This document shows positions 9,599-17,370 of a DNA stretch of 32,000 bases, in pieces. The stretch covers positions 1,290,001 to 1,322,000 of the forward strand of contig CP001848.1 of the NCBI GenBank assembly GCA_000025185.1, given 5' to 3'. Under the pieces are notes generated by a model. It saw only the letters and a list, made by a program, of their open reading frames with translations. It did no database searches and had not been told where the DNA came from. Position 1 is the stretch's first letter. Every line of letters starts with the position of its first letter. This DNA comes from Pirellula staleyi DSM 6068. Its GTDB lineage: Bacteria > Planctomycetota > Planctomycetia > Pirellulales > Pirellulaceae. Position numbers and translations under genes: made by a program.

Positions 9599-9857
9599 GC
9601 TGCAGACGGTTTGCCGCCTGGGGGAGTTTGTGGAGCCTGCGAGCCTGAGTTGGCGACAATCTTCCCTGAGGACTCTTCCCGCTACCTTTCGCAGCGAACC
9701 TAGCACGATGTTCGTGGTTCTTACACTCCGTAGGGCGGAACCACCCAAGAGCCGACTTGAGCGATGCTGGTGGCTCGTCATCGCTGCTGGCACCCGATAC
9801 TTGTCCTTCGCCGCCAAGGTTCAGTGCGGCCCCCCGCTGCTTTCAGGAGCGTGATGC

Positions 9858-11462
9858 ATGACGACCCCTTCCGAGGAACAACTGGTTCCTCGTCCGAACA
9901 CTCCTTCGCAGCGTCCCCCTGATCGACCAACTACCGTAGCCCCGATTGTGCAGAGCGACGGTTCCCGCGCACTGGGTGCTGGTCATCACGCGCCGCCAGA
10001 ACCAAAGTTCCCGTCGCCTGTCAGCTTCATCATTCCAGCCGCCATCATCGCGGCGGGCTATTTTGGGATGCTGGCGCTCGGGACTCCCGAACAGGCACAA
10101 GTTCCGCCAAAGGAAATCGGTCCTCGACTCGTCGAGACCGTGCAGGTCGAGCCGTATCGCGACAACTTGGTGATCGAAGCCGACGGCCTCGCATCGCCGT
10201 TTCGCGAAATCGAAATGGCTGCCGAAGTAGCTGGACGTGTCGTCTACAAATCTCCCGATTGCCGCGCGGGAAACTACGTGAAAAAAGGGACCGAGCTGCT
10301 GAAGATCGACCCGGCCGACTATGAGCTGGCTGCCCGCCAATTGCAAAACCAGCTGCATCAGGCCGACGTCAGTTTGCAAGAGATCGACGTCGAACTCGAA
10401 AGCAACGTTCGTCTCGCTGTGATCGCCGAGGAAGATCACAAACTGGCGCTCGCTGAAGTCGAACGCTTCACCAAACTGACGAGTGTGGTGACCCCGAGCG
10501 ATGTCGACAAAGCGAAGAAGGCCGAGCTCGTTGCCCGCAACACCAAGGCAACGCTCGAGAATCAAAAGTTACTGCTCACCGCGAAACGGAGTGGACTCGA
10601 AGCGGCTCGCGAACTGGTGGTTTCGCAGCTCGAGAAAGCAAAGCTCGACCTGACGCGGACGATCATCACCGCGCCGGTGGATGGAGTGATCGTGAAGGAG
10701 ATGGCCGAGCAAGATGGGTTTGTGCAGCGCGGCTCGCAAGTGCTGGTGGTGGAAGATACCAATGCGGTGGAAGTGAAATGCTCGCTCGAGATGGAACAGC
10801 TGCACTGGATTAAGCAGCACGCGGTGCAACCTGTTTCGACCGAAGCGCCGCACCAATCGAGCGCTTATGCGTTTCCGCAAATGCCGGTGCGTGTCGAATA
10901 TCGAGTCTCGGGACGCCGCGATGAAACCTACGTTTGGGATGGGACACTGCAGCGTTTCGATGGAATCGGCGTCGACGAAAAAACTCGCACCATTCCGTGT
11001 CGCGTGGTGGTTAGTAATCCGTGCAACGGCTACTGCGAGCGTCCGGCCGAACTCGTTTCGGCCAGTGGCGATCCGGTTAGCAATCCGCAGCGCACCACCA
11101 GTGTGATGCCCTTGGTGCGCGGCATGTTTGTGACGGTGAAGATCGTCATCCCCACCACGCGCACTTTGCTCGAGCTTCCCGAGCGGGGACTTCGTCCTGG
11201 CGATGTGGTGTGGCTGGCCCGCGATGGAAAGTTGATCGTCGCCGGACCTGTCGATGTCTTCCGTGGCTCGAGTGCAGGCTCTGCTCAGCCGTCGAAAGTC
11301 TGCTGGCTCATCGAAGAAGGGATGGGAGGAATTCGGAGTGGCGATCAAGTGATCGTGTCGACCCTCACCGCCGTGAAAACGGGCGATCCTGTCACTACAT
11401 CGTCACCCTCGCCAGCCGCTCCCATCACACCGACAGCTCGGACCGGAGAAGTGGCGCCATGA
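9858..11462 (+). CDS. RND efflux periplasmic adaptor (membrane fusion protein, HlyD family)
   Basis: AGGAG lies 8 nt upstream of the ATG. The protein has an N-terminal Pro-rich segment, then a TM helix (VSFIIPAAIIAAGYFGMLALG), a lipoyl-like segment (VAGRVVYKS...VKKGTELLKIDPADYE), a coiled-coil hairpin and TIITAPVDGVIV. Its stop overlaps the next start (ATGA at 11459-11462). Confidence 0.9.
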   Translation: MTTPSEEQLVPRPNTPSQRPPDRPTTVAPIVQSDGSRALGAGHHAPPEPKFPSPVSFIIPAAIIAAGYFGMLALGTPEQAQVPPKEIGPRLVETVQVEPYRDNLVIEADGLASPFREIEMAAEVAGRVVYKSPDCRAGNYVKKGTELLKIDPADYELAARQLQNQLHQADVSLQEIDVELESNVRLAVIAEEDHKLALAEVERFTKLTSVVTPSDVDKAKKAELVARNTKATLENQKLLLTAKRSGLEAARELVVSQLEKAKLDLTRTIITAPVDGVIVKEMAEQDGFVQRGSQVLVVEDTNAVEVKCSLEMEQLHWIKQHAVQPVSTEAPHQSSAYAFPQMPVRVEYRVSGRRDETYVWDGTLQRFDGIGVDEKTRTIPCRVVVSNPCNGYCERPAELVSASGDPVSNPQRTTSVMPLVRGMFVTVKIVIPTTRTLLELPERGLRPGDVVWLARDGKLIVAGPVDVFRGSSAGSAQPSKVCWLIEEGMGGIRSGDQVIVSTLTAVKTGDPVTTSSPSPAAPITPTARTGEVAP

Positions 11463-14400
11463 TCAAATCGATCATTCGCTGGAGTGTGGAAAATAGTCCC
11501 GCCATCAACACGCTGCTGCTTGCCGTGCTGCTGATCGGCTGCGTGAGTGTCGCGATGCTGCGGCGCGAGATTTTTCCCGAGTTCGATCTCGAAATCGTGC
11601 TCGTCTCGGTCCCCTACCCCGGCGCGAGTCCTGCCGAAGTGGAAGAAGGGATTTGCCAGAAAATCGAAGAAGCGGTTCGCAGTATCGCCCACATCAAAAA
11701 GCAGACGAGCGTGGCTCAAGAAGGAGCCGGCTTTGTCGTCATCGAACTCGAAGCCAACGTTCCCGACGTGCAGAAAACGTTGAGCGAAATACGCTCCGCT
11801 GTCGATCGCATTCCCAGTTTTCCCAAGCTGGCCGAAGATCCAGAAACCAAACAAATCACGCTGCGACAGCCAGCGATCAACGTCGGCATCATCGGCCCCG
11901 AGGATCGTTCGAGCGAGGCGGAACTAGCGCTCCGCGCGATGGCCGAAGAGGTGCGCGAAGATCTGCTGCAGCTTCCTCCTCCACCACCCGAAAACTGGTT
12001 CGGCGCAGCGATCGCCACCGTCTTTCCAAATCCCGCACGCGCCGCCATCTCGCAGGCCAACATCATCGGCGAACGTCCCTATCAGATCGACATCGAGATC
12101 TCGGAGGACACCCTTCGCCGCTATGGTCTGTCGCTCGTGGAAGTGGCCAATATCGTCCGCCGCGAGAATCTCGAAATTCCGGGCGGTAGTATGAAAACCG
12201 ACGCGCAGGAGATGCTGCTGCGCGGCAAAAGTAAGTACGACACCGGCGCCGAGATCGCCAAGCTGCCACTCGTTACGACCCCGGGCGGCGTGGTGCTGCG
12301 TGTCGGCGACATTGCCACCGTGAAGGACGAATTTTCCGACACCACCAGCATCAACGAAGTGAATGGCAAGCCGGCCATGGTGCTGTCGATCGATCGCACG
12401 GCGAGCGAAGATGTTCTCTCGATCACGTCGGCGGTGAAGCTGTATGTCGCTGCGAAAAAAATGCCCCCAGGCTACGCCCTCACCACCTGGGGAGATCGTT
12501 CGATCGATGTCCGCGATCGCCTCGATTTGCTCGCTGAAAACGGCATCATCGGCCTGGTGCTGGTGTTCGTGGTGCTGGCCGTGTTTCTCAATATTCGCCT
12601 CGCTTTTTGGGTTTCGCTCGGCATTCCCGTTGCGATGTTTGCCACTTGCGCCGTGATGCTTTTGCTCGGCGAAACGCTCAACATGCTCACCATGTTTGCG
12701 TTCCTCATGGCGCTCGGCATTCTCGTCGACGACGGCATTGTGGTGAGCGAAAACATTCACTCGTGGCGCATGCGCGGGGCCGATCCAGTCACAGCGGCGG
12801 TCGAAGGAACCTACGAAGTTCTCCCCTCGATTCTCGGCAGCGTGGCGACCACCATCGTCTCGTTTGCGCCGCTGCTGTTTGTCACCGGTGTGATGGGCAA
12901 ATTCATTGCCGTGATGCCCCTCTGCGTGATCCTGATGCTCCTCTTTTCGCTCGTCGAAAGTGCGTTCAGCTTGCCTTGTCACTTGGCGCACGACGATGGC
13001 TTGCTGATGAAAACCCTCGGCATCGTGCTCTACCCGTTTCGGCCAATCGGTCAGCTCTTCGCGTGGCTCAACGTGGCGACCGAGCGGGCGATGAACTGGA
13101 CCCTCGCGAACTACTATGTCCCCACGATGCGCTGGATGCTCCGTAACCCGGGGATCATCCTCGCCAGCGCCATGGCAATCTTGATTTTCTCCTTCGGTCT
13201 CATTCGTTCCGGCATCACGCCGTTCATCGTTTTTCCGAAGATTGATAGCAACTACATCGAAGCCAAAATCGTCTTTCCCGATGGCACCCCTCTGAGCGTC
13301 ACCGATGCCGCCACACGCAAAATCGTAGCCGCGATTGAAAGCGTCGATCAGAAGTATCGCCAAGGGGGAGATCCCGTGGTGAACCTCGTGCATCGCAGTG
13401 TCGGATCGGTAAAAGGACTCGGCTCGGCTGGTCCCGATTCCACGACCAGCGGCGATCACGTCGGCACGGTGGAAGTAGAACTCACCGACACCACCAAACG
13501 GACCGTCGAGTGCATGACGCTCCTGGAAGAGTGGCGCGAAGCAGTCGGCGCGATCGCCGGTGTCGAGAACCTGAAGTTCGACATTCCTAACTTCGGACCG
13601 GGTGGAACTCCGATCGAATTCAAGCTCCTCGGACAGCCGAAGAACATGCAGAATCTCGAAGCGGCTGTCGAAGCCTGCAAAGAGAAGCTCCGCACCTATG
13701 CCGGTGTGTTTGATGTGACCGACGATTCGCGTCCCGGGAAAACCGAGCTGCAACTCAAGGTGCAAGAGAACGCTCAAGCGCTCGGCATCGCCTCCGCCGA
13801 TCTGCACGAAACGATTCGCTCGACCTACTTTGGTGAAGAGGTGATGCGGCTGCAGCGCGGACGTCACGAAGTGAAGCTGATGGTCCGCTATCCCGAGGAA
13901 GAGCGCCGCTCGCTCGCAGGCTTCGAAGAGATTCGTCTCCGCACCAGCGATGGCTCGGAAATTCCGATCGGCCAACTCGCCGAAGTGAAGGTCGAGCAAG
14001 GTTATGCCGAGATCAACCGGATCGATCAGCTCCGCTCGATCACCATCTCTGCCGACGTGAGTGAAGGGAAAGCCAATGCCGCGCAGATCGTGGGCGAACT
14101 CCAAAAAACGTTCGTTCCCGAGCTGCTCGAAAAATATCCCGGCGTTCGCATTCGCTGGGAAGGTCAGCAGGAGCAAACGGCCGAATCGACGCATAGTTTG
14201 CAGATCGGACTGGCTGTCGCCATGGTGGTGATGTTTGTGCTGCTGACGTTCGAATTCCGCAGCTATTTCCAGCCGTTTTTGATCATGGCGATCATTCCGT
14301 TTGGCATCATCGGCGCGATTTGGGGACACGCGTTGCTGGGCCTTCCGATCACCCTCTTTAGCCTGTTCGGCCTCGTCGCGCTCACCGGTGTGGTGGTGAA

Positions 14401-14848
14401 CGACTCGATTGTGCTGATCGATTTTATTAACAGCCGCGTCCGCGAAGGGGTGCCCCTCGTCGATGCCCTCATCGAGTCGGGTGTGCGCCGCTGTCGTCCG
14501 GTGATGCTCACCAGCATCACGACGATTGGTGGGGTGATGCCTCTCGTGCTGGAGACATCGTTCCAAGCTCAGCTGCTCATCCCGATGGCCACTGCCCTTT
14601 GCTTTGGTTTGATGATGACCACCGCGCTCGTTCTCTTCCTGGTGCCGGTGATGTATTTGACTTACGTCAAGCTGGTGGGGGCCAAGAACGTCGAAGGCCA
14701 TTCGCACGGCGATCAGCACAGCGGTGGAATGATCGAGCGGAGCCCGAGCGACTTCAGCGGCACGACGGTGCACGATGTTCCCGGCACTCCAGCTCCGCAG
14801 CTGATCGGCCGGAGCGCTGAAGACGATCCCCTCCCTGCTACGAATTGA
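11459..14848 (+). CDS. RND efflux permease (AcrB/AcrD/AcrF superfamily), 1129 aa
   Basis: Starts MIKSIIRWSVENSPAINTLLLAVLLIG, a typical RND N-terminus. There are 12 TM-type hydrophobic blocks in two halves with two large loop regions, and LALGILVDDGIVVSENI / LTGVVVNDSIVLIDFIN motifs in TM4/TM10. The 5' part of the raw ORF (11210-11458) overlaps the adaptor gene and is not coding. Confidence 0.95.
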   Translation: MIKSIIRWSVENSPAINTLLLAVLLIGCVSVAMLRREIFPEFDLEIVLVSVPYPGASPAEVEEGICQKIEEAVRSIAHIKKQTSVAQEGAGFVVIELEANVPDVQKTLSEIRSAVDRIPSFPKLAEDPETKQITLRQPAINVGIIGPEDRSSEAELALRAMAEEVREDLLQLPPPPPENWFGAAIATVFPNPARAAISQANIIGERPYQIDIEISEDTLRRYGLSLVEVANIVRRENLEIPGGSMKTDAQEMLLRGKSKYDTGAEIAKLPLVTTPGGVVLRVGDIATVKDEFSDTTSINEVNGKPAMVLSIDRTASEDVLSITSAVKLYVAAKKMPPGYALTTWGDRSIDVRDRLDLLAENGIIGLVLVFVVLAVFLNIRLAFWVSLGIPVAMFATCAVMLLLGETLNMLTMFAFLMALGILVDDGIVVSENIHSWRMRGADPVTAAVEGTYEVLPSILGSVATTIVSFAPLLFVTGVMGKFIAVMPLCVILMLLFSLVESAFSLPCHLAHDDGLLMKTLGIVLYPFRPIGQLFAWLNVATERAMNWTLANYYVPTMRWMLRNPGIILASAMAILIFSFGLIRSGITPFIVFPKIDSNYIEAKIVFPDGTPLSVTDAATRKIVAAIESVDQKYRQGGDPVVNLVHRSVGSVKGLGSAGPDSTTSGDHVGTVEVELTDTTKRTVECMTLLEEWREAVGAIAGVENLKFDIPNFGPGGTPIEFKLLGQPKNMQNLEAAVEACKEKLRTYAGVFDVTDDSRPGKTELQLKVQENAQALGIASADLHETIRSTYFGEEVMRLQRGRHEVKLMVRYPEEERRSLAGFEEIRLRTSDGSEIPIGQLAEVKVEQGYAEINRIDQLRSITISADVSEGKANAAQIVGELQKTFVPELLEKYPGVRIRWEGQQEQTAESTHSLQIGLAVAMVVMFVLLTFEFRSYFQPFLIMAIIPFGIIGAIWGHALLGLPITLFSLFGLVALTGVVVNDSIVLIDFINSRVREGVPLVDALIESGVRRCRPVMLTSITTIGGVMPLVLETSFQAQLLIPMATALCFGLMMTTALVLFLVPVMYLTYVKLVGAKNVEGHSHGDQHSGGMIERSPSDFSGTTVHDVPGTPAPQLIGRSAEDDPLPATN

Positions 14849-14855
14849 TTGCGTG

Positions 14856-15521
14856 ATGCCACTTGCCGCTGTCTTCTTCGATTTTGATTTCACCCTTGCT
14901 GAGTCGACCACGGCATCGGTCGAGTGCATTAACCATGCGTTGGTGGCTTGTGGCTACCCGGCTGCCGAGCGCGAAGCGATTCGCCGCTGCATTGCCTTCC
15001 CACTAGCCGAAGTGCTGCCGCGCTTGACCGGTGTCGAAGATCACGCGGCGATTGCCCAGTTTGCCGCCATCTATCGCTCGCGGGCCGATCAAGTGACGGC
15101 GGGGCTCACGCAGCTCTTTCCGAGTGTCTATCACGCGCTTCCACAGCTTCGGTCGCAAAGCCTAAAGACGGCGATTGTCAGCACCAAACCGCGTTACCGG
15201 ATCGAATCGATCTTGGCCTTGCGTGAAGCGGGGCACCTGTTCGATTTTATTGTCGGTGGCGAGGATGTTCGCAATCACAAGCCCGATCCCGAGCCGCTGC
15301 TGCGCGCCATGAGCCGATGGTCACTCGCGCCGCAGGAAGTGGTGTATGTGGGAGATCACCCGGTCGATGCCCAGGCGGCTCGCGACGCCGAAATCCCGTT
15401 CATCGCCATGCTCACCGGCACCAGCCGCGCCAGCGATTTTGAACCCTTCCCCACCCACGCCCAGCTCCACAGCCTCGACGACCTCCCCCCCATCCTCGCC
15501 CGCCTCTCCCATCGCTTGTAG
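14856..15521 (+). CDS. HAD-superfamily hydrolase, subfamily IA (phosphoglycolate phosphatase / PpaX-like)
   Basis: Motif I is FFDFDFTLAES (DxD), motif II is VSTK, and motif IV is VGDHPVDAQAARDAE. It starts 7 nt after the RND permease stop. Confidence 0.85.
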   Translation: MPLAAVFFDFDFTLAESTTASVECINHALVACGYPAAEREAIRRCIAFPLAEVLPRLTGVEDHAAIAQFAAIYRSRADQVTAGLTQLFPSVYHALPQLRSQSLKTAIVSTKPRYRIESILALREAGHLFDFIVGGEDVRNHKPDPEPLLRAMSRWSLAPQEVVYVGDHPVDAQAARDAEIPFIAMLTGTSRASDFEPFPTHAQLHSLDDLPPILARLSHRL

Positions 15522-15530
15522 ATCCACTTC

Positions 15531-15552
15531 GTAGGTCAGGCCCATGCCTGAC
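15531..15552 (+). repeat. GTAGG-headed REP-like hairpin
   Basis: GTAG-GTCAGGC-ccat-GCCTGAC, a 7-bp perfect stem, 10 nt after the HAD hydrolase stop. Confidence 0.6.
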
Positions 15553-15578
15553 GAACTCAATCGCGGGGGTGTCATTGC

Positions 15579-15615
15579 GGGTGCCATGCTCCTGTCGCGA
15601 AGCAGCAGGAGCATG
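15579..15615 (-). repeat. REP hairpin copy 1 (inverted relative to copies 2 and 3)
   Basis: GGGTGC-CATGCTCCTG-tcgcgaagcag-CAGGAGCATG, with a 10-bp perfect stem. Confidence 0.8.
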
Positions 15616-15667
15616 TGAACTGCAAGAAGAGCTTGCAGCCACCATCGATAGGATGCGATAGTTTCTT

Positions 15668-16237
15668 ATGCCTTCGCTTCACCGGAAACAAGTCAAACGG
15701 TATGACATACCAGGAGATGTTCGGTTCCTGACCTTTTCTTGTTTCCAACGACTCCCACTTCTCAGTCGCGATCGCACACGCATCTTTCTCGTGGAAGCAA
15801 TCGAGCGCTGCCGAAGTCTGCGCCCCTTTGAATTGTGGGGTTATGTGATCATGCCCGAGCATGTTCATCTCATCATTCTTCCAGGTAAGTCGATGCTCGT
15901 TGCAGAGATCCTGAAGACCATCAAGGTATCGACGTCGAAACGGGCCATCACTTGGCTACATCAAAACGCACCTGATTTCCTACATTGCCTTGAGGATTTA
16001 CAGCCCAATGGAAGCGGCACCTATCGATTTTGGCAGCGCGGCGGTGGGTACGATCGAAATCTTCGTTCGACGAGAGATGTGCATGAAAAACTCAGCTACA
16101 TCCATGAGAATCCTGTTCGGCGTGGTTTGGTTCTCAAAGCCGAGGATTGGAAATGGTCGAGCGCCCTCGCATGGCAAACGGGAATCGACGAACCCTTAAG
16201 GATCGATCGCGAAAATGTACCGAGACTTGATGAGTAG
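15668..16237 (+). CDS. REP-associated tyrosine transposase (RAYT; IS200/IS605 TnpA-like Y1 HUH enzyme)
   Basis: Has the HUH motif in VIMPEHVHLIILP and the catalytic Tyr region LSYIHENPVRRGLV. The N-terminal RFLTFSCFQRLPLL matches the RAYT layout (compare E. coli RayT LPEHMHCIW). Confidence 0.9.
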   Translation: MPSLHRKQVKRYDIPGDVRFLTFSCFQRLPLLSRDRTRIFLVEAIERCRSLRPFELWGYVIMPEHVHLIILPGKSMLVAEILKTIKVSTSKRAITWLHQNAPDFLHCLEDLQPNGSGTYRFWQRGGGYDRNLRSTRDVHEKLSYIHENPVRRGLVLKAEDWKWSSALAWQTGIDEPLRIDRENVPRLDE

Positions 16238-16287
16238 GCATTCACGTTAAGGGTTGATCAGAGTTGACAAAGCCTTCTCGCACTTCG

Positions 16288-16324
16288 CATGCTCCTGCTG
16301 CTTCGCGACAGGAGCATGGCACCC
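16288..16324 (+). repeat. REP hairpin copy 2
   Basis: CATGCTCCTG-ctgcttcgcga-CAGGAGCATG-GCACCC, the exact reverse complement of 15579-15615. Confidence 0.8.
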
Positions 16325-16420
16325 AGGCATCGCGTTGTCTGAGGTGTCTCAGTTGTTCTGTCAGACAAAAAATTTGGTAGTGATTTGGTACTTATTTACT
16401 AGACTTAGCCATGTCCCTTC

Positions 16421-16442
16421 GGCAGGCGGGAGGCTGCCCTAC
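16421..16442 (-). repeat. GTAGG-headed REP-like hairpin (GGCAG/CTGCC subfamily)
   Basis: The reverse complement reads GTAG-GGCAG-cctcccgc-CTGCC. It is related to the copy at 20298-20320. Confidence 0.5.
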
Positions 16443-16515
16443 GGTGAGTTTCGCGGGAGGAAGGTGGTGGGCGGGGGATCTCAACGGCTGGGTGGGGATT
16501 TGCTAAACTGAGGCG

Positions 16516-17370
16516 ATGTACTTTCCTCAAGTGGCGATCATTGGTGTGGGACTTCTCGGAGGGTCAGTGGGGCTGGCTCTGCAGCGGGCTGGTCTTGCGC
16601 GTCGAGTGATCGGCTTTGGCCGCCGCGAGGGGAGCTTAGCCCAGGCGCTCGAGCGGAAGTGCATTACCGACTACACCACGCACCTCGACGAAGCGGTACA
16701 CGATGCTGGGCTCGTGATTGTGGCGACCCCGGTGGAGCAGACAGCCGACTTTGTGGCAGCAGCGGCCAAGGGTTGTGGTCCTGGGACGCTGATCACCGAT
16801 GTCGGGAGCACCAAAGACTCGATTTGCCGGTCGGCGGATGCCGCTCTGGCGGGTGGCGCAGGGACCTGGGCGTCGTTTGTCGGGAGCCATCCGCTTGCCG
16901 GGAGCGAAAAGACCGGCCCGATCTTCGCCAAGGCCAATCTTTTCGACGATCGGATGGTGGTGGTCACCCCGACAGAAAATTCTCGTCCCGACGCGGTCGA
17001 ACAAATCGATACGTTCTGGCAAAAGCTCGGCGCGAAAACGTGCCGCATGCATCCAGCCGAGCACGACGCGGCGGTGGCAATTACGAGCCATTTACCCCAC
17101 CTAGTGGCATCGCTTGTGGCGGCGATCACGCCCGAAGAGTTGCTGAAACTCACCGCCGGGGGGTGGCAAGACACAACCCGTGTCGCCAGTGGCGATGTCG
17201 AACTGTGGCGCCAGATTCTGCTCGACAATCGACCCCACGTCTTGCTGGCTGTGGAGAAGTTTGCGACAGTGCTGGCTTCGTTTCGCGAAGCTCTAGAACA
17301 GGCCGATGGCGCTGCGATCGCGCAGCTGCTGGAAGCGGGAAAACGTACTCGTGACGCTCTGGGAAGTTGA
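16516..17370 (+). CDS. tyrA: Prephenate (arogenate) dehydrogenase
   Basis: Has the Rossmann start VAIIGVGLLGGSVGLAL, the GSHPLAGSEK catalytic block (HPMAG.E pattern), and ITSHLPHLVA. Confidence 0.9.
   Translation: MYFPQVAIIGVGLLGGSVGLALQRAGLARRVIGFGRREGSLAQALERKCITDYTTHLDEAVHDAGLVIVATPVEQTADFVAAAAKGCGPGTLITDVGSTKDSICRSADAALAGGAGTWASFVGSHPLAGSEKTGPIFAKANLFDDRMVVVTPTENSRPDAVEQIDTFWQKLGAKTCRMHPAEHDAAVAITSHLPHLVASLVAAITPEELLKLTAGGWQDTTRVASGDVELWRQILLDNRPHVLLAVEKFATVLASFREALEQADGAAIAQLLEAGKRTRDALGS

Larger units (their letters stand above)
15579..16324 (+). mobile_element. RAYT locus: REP-associated tyrosine transposase gene bracketed by inverted REP hairpins (REPtron-like unit)
   Basis: The 37-nt sequence at 15579-15615 is the exact reverse complement of 16288-16324. 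The Y1/HUH transposase gene lies between them. Confidence 0.7.

Noticed and set aside
11210-11458. An 83-codon 5' extension of the RND permease ORF. Likewise the 64-codon extension of aroB (26191-26382), the extension of the lipoprotein ORF (23779-23964) and the extension of the isomerase ORF (28433-28525).
   Set aside because: These extensions overlap the upstream genes or the intergenic region. They are Arg/Ser/Cys-rich junk sequence that precedes clear canonical N-termini, signal peptides or coupled ATGA starts.
11924-14929. A 1001-codon stop-free ORF antisense to the RND permease. Similar long antisense ORFs occur at 17954-19288 (opposite purL), 23874-24863 (opposite DUF1559), 2376-3323 (opposite pepA), 20618-21313 (opposite purQ) and 16671-17384 (opposite tyrA).
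   Set aside because: For the two I checked (RND and purL), the antisense ORF lies in the exact codon-complement register of the sense gene. Antisense stops there require sense TTA, CTA or TCA codons, which a GC3-rich genome avoids. The translations are low-complexity (His/Arg/Asp/Gly-rich) with no motifs, whereas the sense strands carry unambiguous family signatures. These are shadow ORFs, not genes.
15572-15868. A 98-aa minus-strand ORF and an 85-aa plus-strand ORF (16254-16511) that both contain the peptide CSCCFATGAWHP.
   Set aside because: The shared peptide is simply the translation of the inverted REP hairpin copies. The first ORF also overlaps the RAYT gene. Neither has independent coding support.
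16337-16376. A hairpin TTGTCTGA...TCAGACAA followed by AAAAATTT downstream of the RAYT gene, considered as a terminator.
   Set aside because: The stem is followed by an A-run rather than a U-tract on the plus strand, and the minus-strand flank is GC-rich. It may be structural, but a terminator call is not supported.
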